A stretch of 64,000 bases of DNA from Lingula anatina (Eukaryota > Animalia > Brachiopoda), in contig CM120644.1 of NCBI GenBank assembly GCA_051362555.1, positions 13,414,567 to 13,478,566 of the forward strand, given 5' to 3'. The position numbers and the translations under genes are program-made. The notes beneath the pieces were generated by a model. That model worked only from the letters and a program-made list of their open reading frames with translations, made no database searches and had not been told where the DNA came from. Below are positions 52,671-64,000 of the stretch, one piece after another (the first letter of the stretch is position 1; every line of letters starts with the position of its first letter).

Positions 52671-55600
52671 ACTTCAAAAAGAATTCTTTTCATGTCACCC
52701 ACATCTATGCAATCACTCAAACCAGACTCCTATGAAACTATAAAACAGTCATTCCAGTGTGATATTTATTTATTCATTTCGAACATCTTTTGCAACAGAA
52801 AATCATGGTGAGGAACTATAATAAATATAAATATATGCACACTTAGATTAACACAGACTCTAGTCAAATAATTTTAAAAAATATGAATTACTCACATTTG
52901 GAAAATGTGGTTTGGACTTGCATAGGTGCTTGTTCCTAATACTTTCTCTATTTGTACTGGAATTTCAATACCAGTATTCACGTTTTATACTTAAAGAAAC
53001 CAATATCGAATTTAAAAAGGGCGTCGAGCTATATTTAAAATTCAAGGAAAAAAATGTCAATTTTTTCCATGGACATTTAAAAGTATCATTAGTACTGTAT
53101 GTTGTGATTTGAGGGGTGACACATAATGCACTAAACAGTTCTCATTCCACTCAGGGGCGGATTGAGGTGGTCTGCTGGGTCTTCCGGAAGACGGTCAAAT
53201 TTCTAAGTTTACATTGATGAGTACCTATTTTTTATGTCGGAAGACGGTCAAAAATGTAGGATGGAACAATACAACAAAGATAATGTGGAAGACTGTCAGA
53301 AACATCTCTGGATACGCCCCTGCCACTGTATATATACGGCTTCCTCTCTTGCTTCTTTTTCGCTTTAATATCAAGCACAGAACGGGACAGGGAAATTTCT
53401 AAAGATATTAGTTCACTTTGTAGGAGGACAAGGTAATCTACTTCAAACGTAAACTTCTTCGACTTTAGGTCCTTGCAACGTTTCTGTCTATCCTTTTACA
53501 ACGATATTAGCTCACTCAGTCAGTGGACAGGGTACTGTAGTCTATTTTAACGCTGATGTAAACTTCTTTGGCTTTGGGTCTTTACAGCGTTTCTGTCTTT
53601 TGTATCTTTTTTCTTACACTTTCCTATGTACTTCGTGTAATTTTCAGTTTCATTTTTAGGTTATTTTTCTTGTATTTTCAATTTGTGTCCAGTACTTATA
53701 CACGTACATTTTACGTTACACTTTTGTTCCTGTTACCGGGAAGCCTACTTATTGTTTAATTTCTTTTCTTTCAGTTTAACGGTTGGTTTTGGGTGAATAA
53801 ATTGAATAAACCAAATCAATCAGTGTGAGTTTCTTGACCGAGTGCAGCTACAGTACGGCTACCTACAGTGTAACATTTAAGGGCGACAACTTAGGCAACC
53901 TGTACATTTACGTATGCACTGTACATGTACTACATTATTGGGTCATTTAATTTCTTTCCACTTGTTAACTCTACTAGACGATATTTTACTCAAAAAACAT
54001 TTTCTTCAACCGTGGTTCCACCAAACATGTACGCAATGGGTCCAAGCTTCAACCACACATCATCTTGCAGGTCATCTTGATACAGGGTCTAGCTGTCAAG
54101 TGACCAGCCAGGAGCACAGCTCGCACTGCAATTCATGACTTATTGTTATGCAAATTACAACTGGTACAGTGCATGGCAAAAGGGGTTGTGGAAATCTGTC
54201 TCAAAGAACGGCGAATCTACAGAATATTATTTTACTATTGTGACAAGGCTATAACCCCGGCCCAACAGACCTATTTGTCACAATTCATCATATTTCTCAA
54301 GGCAACAGTTTATATTAAATCAAAAATTAAAAATAATAATGAAGATAGATATAACAACTCAAATAATATTATTATAATATTATCTATACGTCCCAGGCGT
54401 TTTTTCTATGTATCATGAAAAATAAATACAAATACAGTGGTGCTCATTGTATGTAAATGTGCAAATAAAATCTGAGTTAACAATAAAGGGCATGTTTCTT
54501 AATAATAACCTTTGTTATGTCACCATAGGTAAAATGGGTTGTTTGCAAATAAGAGCTTTTCTAATTTCTATTTGGAAAATGCTCTACAAAGTGTGAACTG
54601 AATTAATGCTTTGACAAACTTCCGTAAAAAAGTGCCTGGGCCATTTATCAGTGTACTATTATAGTTTTATAAGAGCAAATGGGTTCGAATTGGTAAGCTT
54701 AGCGTATCTTACGTACATAACAAAGCTCTGACATGCTGTGGACCGACGTACATCACGTCCGAAACCGTTTGTGCTCCAATACACCATGACCCCATCCTCC
54801 GTTTGGGCTAGTCTTTTTATCAGAGGTGTTGTAAATAAAATATAAACCTGCAGCTGTATATATCAAGTTCTGCAGAGAGTATACAACAGTGAAGCTTCAG
54901 TTGTGTTTTGATTTGGTGTAGATGTAGATGTAGATGTAGAAATATGCCAGATTAGTTCAATGCGGCGTATTTAAATGTGTTAGATGTACTAACAGATTGG
55001 GCGGAAATTGCCTTCTCTCTCTCTCTCTCTTTTTTGTTTTTGTTTTTTTTTTTTTTTTGGGGGGGGGGGAGTAATGGGTTGTGTGGACAATAATGTACTT
55101 GGCTAAAAACGCTCTATGTTTGACAATGTTATATGTAAATTTTACCATTTGGTTAATCAGAGATGACAAGTGGAACTGCAGATCCAGAAAGGGTAGGGAG
55201 AGGAGGGTCCACAAAGTAAGAACCATGCGCCCTAAAGTCTGCAGTCCATGCGTTAGCACAATTACTAGACCTACACATATCAGAAAACTTTAATCGATGT
55301 GTTAACTGTGAAATATCGTGCTAGCACATACATTCTATCAATATGAAAAATGTCCAATAAGAAAACTTCATCAAATAAGAATCTCGACCAATGTCCCCTT
55401 TAAGCTCGAAGAAAGTGGAGCACGTGTTTAAATCCCACATATTTCTTCTGGTGGGTGTCGGAAACAAAAAATTATGTGGCGACCAGGTTGGGTCGCCATA
55501 GCATCATAATAGTTCGGTGTATTCTCATTGCAATACTGCATATTTATTACTTGATCTTCAGTGGAAATAGCACGGGTATGTCACGGGTAAATTACGACGT

Positions 55601-56491
55601 AATCTGATATATGTACAGGGGGAAATTAGGCTACTCTTGTTCTACCTTGACATTTCATGTCCAGTAATATCGTCGCACACTTGAAACAAAATAAACATAT
55701 CTGTGCTCCAGTCGGTGAAATAGTAATCCAAGTGTTATAGTGGTCTATAGGATGTAAATTATATACACATTTGAAGTTGAGGACCAATGCATTACACATG
55801 TAGTTGTAATGATAGAGAGTTTATTAAAACACCGAAAATACAATCTGATACATGTACAAGTCCTTGGTTTGAGTAACTACGTATTAAAATAAAGAAAGCC
55901 ACTTCAAATGTGTGTTTCAGAAAATGACGCAGTTTACACACTGACCCATTTGGTAAATAAATCAATCTTGAAACTTGAAAGTTCGTCTACTTTTATAAGT
56001 ATTTTACTTAAAGGAAAAATTTATCTGTAAAACAATAGGTCTTTATTCAGCTGGTATGAGGAAGTCTGTTTTGAAAATTCATTCCACTGACCAGTACGAT
56101 TGGTCGATAAAACAAAGATGTCAACGTAAATTGTAAATCTGTTAAAATAGTAGATGCTGAAACTTTCATGCTTTATGTATTACTCATTATTATATATTAC
56201 TATGTATTACGTCATGAATTACTCGAACGCTAACGGCCATGTTTTTATTTGGGTTTTAAACTCATGTTGGCAAAGAGAACTCTTTGGTTTTCAAGCTTGT
56301 CTCAATTTTTGCATTATTGCATAAAATTAATTATAACTTGCTGGATGTAAATTTCAAAAAACAATCAATATCATATTAAAACAAAACATGCGCACTGTTG
56401 CAAATGTGCGACTTTTCTCCAATCTGGTTGCTGGATGACTAAAGTTATAGACCGGTTTTCCGATCTTAACGGGCCGGGTAGGATCCCTTGA

Positions 56492-57496
56492 TTACATGCC
56501 TTGGTAATCTTTTTTGGAAGACGTCGTCTTCACAATAACAACGATAATAATCACGACCACCACTGCGATAACAGCCGCTGTGACTCCAACGATTAAAGGC
56601 ATGTTGTCCTCCAGTAACTTCTCCACGGTACTCACTGAAAATGTATTGGTTTGTCTATTAGATGTTCCAGTAATTTGATAACAAGCATATAGTGATCAAT
56701 TTGTTTTTGTGTAAGACTTTATTTCATTCACAGTTTTTTTAGTTTTATTGTTGGTTCGTTTCAGGTTTCAAGGATTTAATGATACTGTTTAAAATGCTAC
56801 TTGTACATATGCTACTTGTTTATTAAAGTAGATGTTCTTATATATAGTTCGATCTGAAATACTCTGTCGACCAATCCATGTATTGGTCTGACTGATCGTA
56901 GTAAGAGTTAAGGGGCATTCTATTTTCACATTAATCTGTAAGAAGGCGAACTTTACGAAGATTAGCATTCCAAACAGGGCCGTAGCCTCCGGGGGGGGGG
57001 GGGGGGGGGGGGGGGGGCAGGGGGGGCAGCTGCCCCCCCCCCCTCGGGATTTGAGGTGCAAATAATAATAATAATAATAATAATCGCAAAGGTGAAAAAA
57101 ATACTTGCAAAGTTGGTATCAATTCTGTGAGAAAATGCACTCATGGCCACTAGACAATCATTCAATCTGTTTATAAAGACAAGACAATCTACGAAATAAA
57201 GTCCAATTGGCGTGTTGTGTTGAAAAAGTGACTGTAGGCCTATTAATGACAAAATAAACCCACAATATCTGACTTCTGATTGAGCAATAAATAACAGTTC
57301 AAATGCACCAGAATGCAGTATTATATATACAGTTTTTTAAAAATGTTCCACACCGTGGGAAGGGGACACCCCTCCCCCCTCTGGGGCTTGGCCCCCTCGT
57401 GTACGCTTACTGCCCCCCCCCCCCCCTGGCATTTTGCTCAGGCTACGGGCCTGCCAAACCTAATCTATCGTGACTAAGAGCATATAATTTAATTTG

Positions 57497-57544
<48 letters not shown>

Positions 57545-59171
57545 TAGTACAAATTACCTTCACAAAAAGTACCGTTTCCCGAGAACCCGAATGCGCATGT
57601 GCATTCAAAGCCTGGTTCTGAGTTGGTGCAGGTAGCGTTTTCCGAACATTTCGACAACTCGGGGTTTTGGCATTCATCAATGTCTGAAATATTGAAAAAG
57701 TAATATGATAATAGTCGTCTGTTTAATGATTGCATTCAGCGAGAGTCCCTTCAGAGTTAGATCGATCAACGTAGATCGACAGCTTCAATGGGTACTATGA
57801 GCCATTATATTGTTCGTGAGGCGTAAATTGGTTTTAAATCCTAAGCCCCCTTTATACTAGACAGGGTCCTCTCTGCGTCCATTAGTACGGTCCCATTTGA
57901 GAGTAAAAAAAAAACACTTAAATGGCCAACAACTGGCCGATCATTGAGCATTGATTCTGCAACCAAGGCGATGCTTGTGCCTCTTTTCTACGACCACAGC
58001 GATACCTGCAGTATCTTGGTTGCACAAAGGACGCAGAAAGGACGCCGTCCAGTGTAAAGCGGTTTTTAGGAACCTGGGGTTAAAACCCGAAAATTGATTT
58101 TACACTCTATATATGTGACAATCGCCCAGAATTTAAAAACACCCGTAATCAAATCTTCCTCACCGACACAACTCTCTCCAGTGTCATTGAACCCTTGTAA
58201 ACAAACACACTGGTATCCTCCTATGGTATTCACACAGGCAGCATTCACCGTGCAGTTGTTGAGATTGACGTCGGAGCATTCATCAATATCTAAATGAATA
58301 GCAGTAAAGATCGGCAAATACAAACGTTTAAAGGGATAATGACTCTTCGTATGAGATCTATTTTTAACAATAAAAACATTGTGAACAACTCACAGAAATA
58401 TATAATCTGTTGTACCACAATAACGACAGTTATAGCAAATATTCTAATATATGAGCTTGTCTTTAGACCGCGTAATCTCCATTGCTGGCTAAACTTTGTT
58501 ATAATCTGTTAAGAGATTATTACAAAAAAAAACTTTTTAGAAAAAAAAACTTTTAAGAAAAAAAAGGGGCAAATTTTGAATGTAAAAATTGATTCATTTA
58601 CCAGTGGTATGGGAAAGTATGGGAAAATTGTTGTTTACTCCAGGAAAATTCATTTTTGGCCAAAACGAAGAGTTATTATCCCTTTAATTTAAACATTTAC
58701 ATTAAGTAGTGAATTATCTATGCTACATTAAAATTAGAAAAATAATAACACGTTAGCGCATACTATTTGCGTATTTAATGTAATGTGCCTTGTACATGTG
58801 GTAATGTATATGAAAAAAATTAAGGCTTTATATTAAATATATATGTACATTTCCAGATTCCAATTAGCAAGAGACATATCTGTGAACATCTAGTGTAAAA
58901 AACAATCTGCGGCCCTGGGAGATGGCACAGCAACTATATGAAGCTACTCTTAATTCAATGTGAATATTTAACCCAGTCGCTTATGATCAGTTAAAAGAAA
59001 CACGGTCGTACAATGTTACATAAACCTGTAAAGGTGAGAAAGTATAAGGTCTACCTGTACAAGTGGTTCCGTCCCCTGTGAACCCGTCAAAACAGGTACA
59101 CGTGTACCCAGTACTGGTGGCGACGCAAGTGGCATTCTCAGAGCAGTTGTTACTCTCGCAGGCGTCAAAGT
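56492..59171 (-). CDS. 3' end of a single-pass membrane protein with (Ca-binding) EGF-like repeats; upstream exons not found in the window
   Basis: Phase-1 exons: 59171-59055 (DFDACESNNCSENATCVATSTGYTCTCFDGFTGDGTTCT), 58289-58164 (DIDECSDVNLNNCTVNAACVNTIGGYQCVCLQGFNDTGESCV), 57683-57558 (DIDECQNPELSKCSENATCTNSEPGFECTCAFGFSGNGTFCE) and 56634-56492 (VSTVEKLLEDNMPLIVGVTAAVIAVVVVIIIVVIVKTTSSKKDYQGM*). They show the 6-Cys EGF pattern, the DIDEC Ca-EGF signature and a TM helix. Confidence 0.9.
56975..57453. mobile_element. hAT-like MITE with 5-bp TSD in the last intron of the EGF gene
   Basis: CCAAA|CAGGGCCGTAGCC...GGCTACGGGCCTG|CCAAA. Confidence 0.75.
57843..58066. mobile_element. ~220-bp MITE (Harbinger-like termini)
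   Basis: AAGCCCCCTTTATACTAGAC...GTCCAGTGTAAAGCGGTTT. An inverted homologue lies at ~62875-63070. Confidence 0.7.
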
Positions 59172-61255
59172 CTGATCATAGAAATTAGGTGATTGTGATT
59201 ATTGTATTCCCACCTGTTGCATCCATAAAAGAGGTGTATTGCCATGCAACGTTTTGATACATCTACATGTACCAATAACTAGTGACCAACCAAAAAGACA
59301 CAATGCTATTTTTAAAAAATTACAGATCACTTTTAATTAAGCCTCTTTGTAACCCCATAAATGAAAATATTTGTTTGGATATTTATTATTTATGCTATAC
59401 TATTATACAATTTTAATTTACTCAACATTATCTAATTCTACATAAAACTTCGCGCTATTCATTTATCAGAGGGACTTTTCAATAAAAGCGGCTGTCACCG
59501 GCCAAATTTCGTACACCATATATGTGTTTGTCCTTTACCTATACTTTTGCTTTGTTTAATTAGGGAACAAAAGAACCAAAGCTGCCCTACCAACAACCAC
59601 GCGGGATGACGCCGTCTGCTGGACGCCATTATTCGTGGAGAACAGGCAGTTGTATTGTCCCGTGTCATTCTTCTCAAGCGCTGGAACAAATCATATTGTA
59701 TTATTTTATCTCACTGTATTTGATGGTGACTCGACATTCATTTACAGTGTTCCCTCTACCACGGCCACAGATAGATTTTTCATGACGGGACTTTTCTGTC
59801 TGCATCAGAGAAATGTGTACATAATATTTGACCATGGCAGAGGATAGCATATGTTCATCCTAGGCGATTTTCGGCTACCATATTTATGTTTAAGCATCAA
59901 ATGCAGACAGTTCTGTAGATTAAACAAAACTTCAAAAATTATAAGTTTCTTTGGAGCTGGTCATTTGTGCTGCCCTGCCAGCTGAAAAATCATATGTAAA
60001 AACCAAAACAATTGGTGTATTGTTTATATATTTCGATCCAGATTCGCTTTGTCAACATTTCCCCCTTACATTGTCGATACTGCACCGCGACCGTTTTTAA
60101 CTCATCGCAACATATTGTCCACCAGTTTCTTGTACACTCAGCAAAGTATTAGGTGCGTGTATTTGCAACATTCAGTTGTATTATTTGTTAATACTTCATG
60201 CTGTTTACCTTCAGCCCCGCATATAGAAAGCTCACTCACTCTCGAGTGTTTATATACCAAGGGCTTTTAATGACTTCTCTTATCTGGTTGGAAAGTGACA
60301 TTTCCCAGATATGACTACTTAAATTATGATTGTTTCCTCTTATTCCTCATTTCGTCTCAAACCCGTTGGTTAATTACCTTAAAGTTGCATGGTTCATTGT
60401 ATTAATTAAGATTAAAGAATATGAGGTTACCTTAATTTCTCATGCACCGAGCCAACGTAACTGGTAAAGTAATTTCAGTTTTCCATGGATCAGTTTCACA
60501 TTAGCTCAGCCCGTTGTATAATAACTGGGGCGGAGCCTACTGACATCATTTGTTGTGCTAAGCAACGGGAAATATAAGCCCATCTTGGAAATTAGAATGT
60601 TTGTTTTGTTTTACTCATGATATCACGTGCGCGAGAGTGTGTGTGCTCTTGTGCACGCATTCTAACCGAGGACACACACCCGCCCGAAACCCACTAACCG
60701 AGGACACACCTCCAACCGAGGACGTCCTCGGTTGACATAAGCAGTGGAATGCATAAAGGGGCCCATTTCAAGTTAGGTGGTGAAATTTGACGCTATTCTG
60801 AGCCAGTCCTCGGTTATGCTGTATAGCGCGGGCCAAATTCCCGCCACGAGTGTATCAGAAATACTGTCCAACTTTTTGTCTGAAATCGGGCTATACACAC
60901 GCGTCCTCGGTTGTGCTGTAAAGGGCGGACCAAATTCCGCGTCCTCGGTTGTGCTGTGAAGGGCAGACTAAACTGAAACTAATGTTATATCTCAGATGTC
61001 TATATATTCAGTAAGTTCATATTTTTAAACTAAAGGTCTTTTTTATCAAATTAAGCTCTCCTAGGCCGTTACGTAACTACATAACTATCATCGCACTGTA
61101 CATATTACGGCACGCTTCTTTATTAGTACAACTGACTTGGAGTGGTTTAAATAAAGAAGAACTGTCTGAATTTGTGGCTCACTCGGTAGATCTTAGGACC
61201 GACAATCTTTTGAGGGTGCAAGAATTAAATGAAAAGGGTAAATGGATCGTCCGTA

Positions 61256-63070
61256 AACCCCCTTTACACTGGGCTCGACATTAGCGCCTGTCCGGGACAG
61301 GTAAAAAATCAGTTCGGACAGGTGAAGTTGTAGGGTTGGCTGTCCGACGGACAGGTCATGTTTTGTGAGAAATTTGGAGCAAAAATCTTTAAAAAAAATA
61401 TTTTGTTGCATACTTACGTCTTTTATTCCCTTCCTAGACGGCATTGAAAAGAGTGACCTACTTTTGGCACAAAACACATGCAGTCGCAAAACGAAGTCTG
61501 AGTAAACTTACCGCCAAATTATGAAAGAGAACACCCTCCAGAACTTCATCAGACAAAATTTATTCACATATCAGGTTCTTTACTTTATATTTATTTAGTT
61601 CAAAATCTACGTGCTCTAGTTGTAAAGACCGTTCCAAAAACAGAAACTACACAACTACTGTGCTGCCTGGGTACAAAGCCAGATTGAACTGGATGAACTG
61701 GCTATATCTAGTTCGTTGTCAAGGCAACATACTGCCTGTCAATCAAATACGTTGTATGCTATCTACTCACTATAGAAAGTGAAATCTTTTGGACTGAAGA
61801 TCTTGTTGAAATGTTGTTTATTTGCCAAAATATAACCTGAAATTTTGTATGGTGTTTTCTTTAATAATTCTAGTATCACCTTTGTTATTTACAGTTAAAA
61901 AATAGTGCTCAGCTGGAATATGATAAATTAACATTGCTGTCATATACCAGTATGATATTGATGTAAGGAAGAAATTAGTAATAAAAAATATGAGAATTTT
62001 AATAAAAAGAAGGGGAACATTTTATACTGATTTTATTTAATTCATATATTTAAAAAAATCAAACACATGATAACCCAAAAAAGAAGTTAAATTGTTAACA
62101 TAGATATAAGTATTATAAAATGAATATTATTGAACTTTTCATTGAACTATATTCAAATATTATTAATTTTGAATATTTTAATAAAATTAATTTAACAGTA
62201 CCCCCTCCCCACTTCCCGCTCAGGGTATTTTTTTTTTTCTTTTTTTTTTTTTTAAGCTGTGGTTAAACTTCATGTAATCTGTTATCAAATTGCATATTTA
62301 CAATTAGTAGACCCTGTACCCCAAATCCTAGGAGAAGCCCTGATTGGAACTATGTTAAATCAGACTTAGACCCCATTTCCAGAGATTAGATCGATCTACT
62401 TTAGATCAACCTAACTCCCTGGGGGTTCATGCTAAATAGATGTCAGCCGAGCGGACACGAAAGTTAATTACCCCCTTACAGCTTGTAGTAGGTGGGACGG
62501 ACATTTAAGCCGGATTATCTGACAGTAATCTAGTGAGACTCCCCGCGGGGATAGATCGATCTAAAAGCTCTTGGAATACAGCCTTATATGCAAGATTTAA
62601 TCTTCAGGAGTTCACAAGTATGAAAAAACAACTTTTTACCTGAAAATAAATTCACTTTAAGGTGCATTTTCCCAGCTCATTTGATTGAGTATTTTGGTAA
62701 TAAATACATTAAATGTATGACTACACTTATTAATTTACAAAGTTTTGGGTATGAATAGAAAAAAAAATATTGGTTTTGTTGGACAGGTTGGTTTGAAAAT
62801 CGGACAGGTCAAATTTGTGACCACCTGTCCGCAGGACAGGTGCTCATAAAAGTTAGTGTCTAGCCCTGCCAGTGGGGCGGCGTCCTTTGTGCGACCAAAG
62901 AACTGGCATCATTGTGGTCGTAGAAAGGAGGTACAAGCATTGCTTTGGTTGAAAAAATGAATATTTGGTGATTGGCCAGTTGTCAGAAAGTTAAGTATTT
63001 TAATTTTGTACTCTCAAATGGATCCGTACTACAGGACACAGAAAGGACGCCGTCCAGTGTAAAGGGCCCC
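61256..63070. mobile_element. Nested transposons: a MITE interrupted by a ~1.6 kb hAT-like element (61269-62868) that itself carries the 62369-62583 MITE
   Basis: Outer TIRs CCCTTTACACTGG...CCAGTGTAAAGGG; inner TIRs GGGCTCGACATTA...TAGTGTCTAGCCC with GGACAGG subterminal repeats. Confidence 0.65.
62369..62583. mobile_element. ~215-bp MITE, same family as 2753-2967
   Basis: Near-identical to 2753-2967, with TTA on both flanks. Confidence 0.75.
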
Positions 63071-63079
63071 TTAGCTAAC

Positions 63080-64000
63080 TATGAATTAATCTACCCCTGA
63101 CAGTTTGAAGAAGGCTATGACATTATGAAAGTTTCAAAATCTTCATAATGGGCTGCTTTTTTTTTTTTTTTTTTTTTCAGAAAATTTGCTGTTGTTTTTG
63201 CTTTTTTCAGCATACATGCAACACTGTAAACACAGTTCAAGGAGAAGCAATAGGTCTATTGTCATGAAACTCACAGAACTGATGATTATTAGTAAAAGGG
63301 TTGTCAAGATCAAAAATCGGCATATCCGGGCCATTTTTTGTCAAAAGTTATGCTGTTTTTTTTCTGCCATTTTCAGCATATAAGTAACACTGTAAGCACA
63401 TTTCAGGGAGAACCGATAAGCCTGTTGTCATTAAACTCACAGGAGTGATCAATGTTACCAATATACAAATCAAGTTTGAAAATAGGATTGATTGGTTGAG
63501 TTTTGTGGAAGTTGTGCCTTGTTTTGATATATATAAGTGGTTTTCCTCAGATTTGATTGTCAGGCATGTTGACAGTTTCGTTATTGAACTAACTAGATAT
63601 GTAAATATGTTAGTGTTTGTCTGAAATTTTCTGCATCTTTACAACATTGCTAGTTGATTATATAAATATGACGGTAAACATGTTATCATGTACTGTGTAA
63701 TACAGTGTCTCAAAATGGAGGCAATGGGGTGATTATTTTCAAAAGTTTTGCATTTTTTCTCCTTTTTTCATTGTACATGCAACACTGTAAACACATTTCA
63801 AGGAGAACCAATAGGCCTCTTTTCATAAAACTCACAGAACTGATGATTGTAAGTAAAAGAATGGTCAAGATTGAAAATCAGCATGACCAGGCCCTTTTCT
63901 TTCAAATGTTATGCTGTTTTTTTTCAGCATATAAGTAACACTGTAAGCACATTTCAGGGAGAACCAATAAGCCTGTTTTCAAGAAACTCACATGAGTAAT
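63080..64000 (+). repeat. Internally repeated element (CAGCATATAAGTAACACTGTAAGCACATTTCAGGGAGAACC...AAACTCACAG units), running off the window end
   Basis: Units recur at ~63208, 63374, 63770 and 63925; homologous to 18240-18580. Confidence 0.6.

Larger units (their letters stand above)
27606..56958 (+). repeat. Tandem segmental duplication, copy 2 (~29 kb)
   Basis: Colinear with 1221-26218. It is longer mainly because of four copy-specific TE insertions. Confidence 0.93.

Noticed and set aside
59172-64000. Further upstream EGF exons
   Set aside because: No additional 6-Cys exon with splice sites was recognised; the region is TE-rich intron.

Overview
AT-rich, intron-containing animal DNA. 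It looks like a marine invertebrate, but the species cannot be determined from the sequence. The window is dominated by a head-to-tail duplication (1221-26218 repeated as 27606-56958), with a unique ~1.4 kb transposon-like spacer at the junction. Manual splicing gives three genes of a secreted endonuclease/exonuclease/phosphatase (EEP, DNase I-like fold) family on the + strand. Gene A is present only as its 3' end (1-1846). Genes B (4524-12127, 384 aa) and B' (32442-44434, 385 aa) are complete 7-exon genes. On the - strand lies the 3' end of a Ca-EGF-repeat single-pass membrane protein (56492-59171). The duplication also left orphan terminal exons of gene A and of the EGF gene. The strongest signal is a disulfide-rich insert inside the EEP domain that is hypervariable between B and B'. 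It differs at ~40% of nucleotides in its first 31 codons versus ~10% in the adjacent intron, and two Cys are lost together, while the GDFN/IDH catalytic exon encodes identical protein. This is a toxin- or immune-effector-like pattern. The rest is a dead Tc1 element, several MITEs and non-autonomous DNA transposons, Helentron-type elements, a truncated L2 LINE, a 360-bp satellite and a 34-bp minisatellite. All alignments and counts were done by eye.
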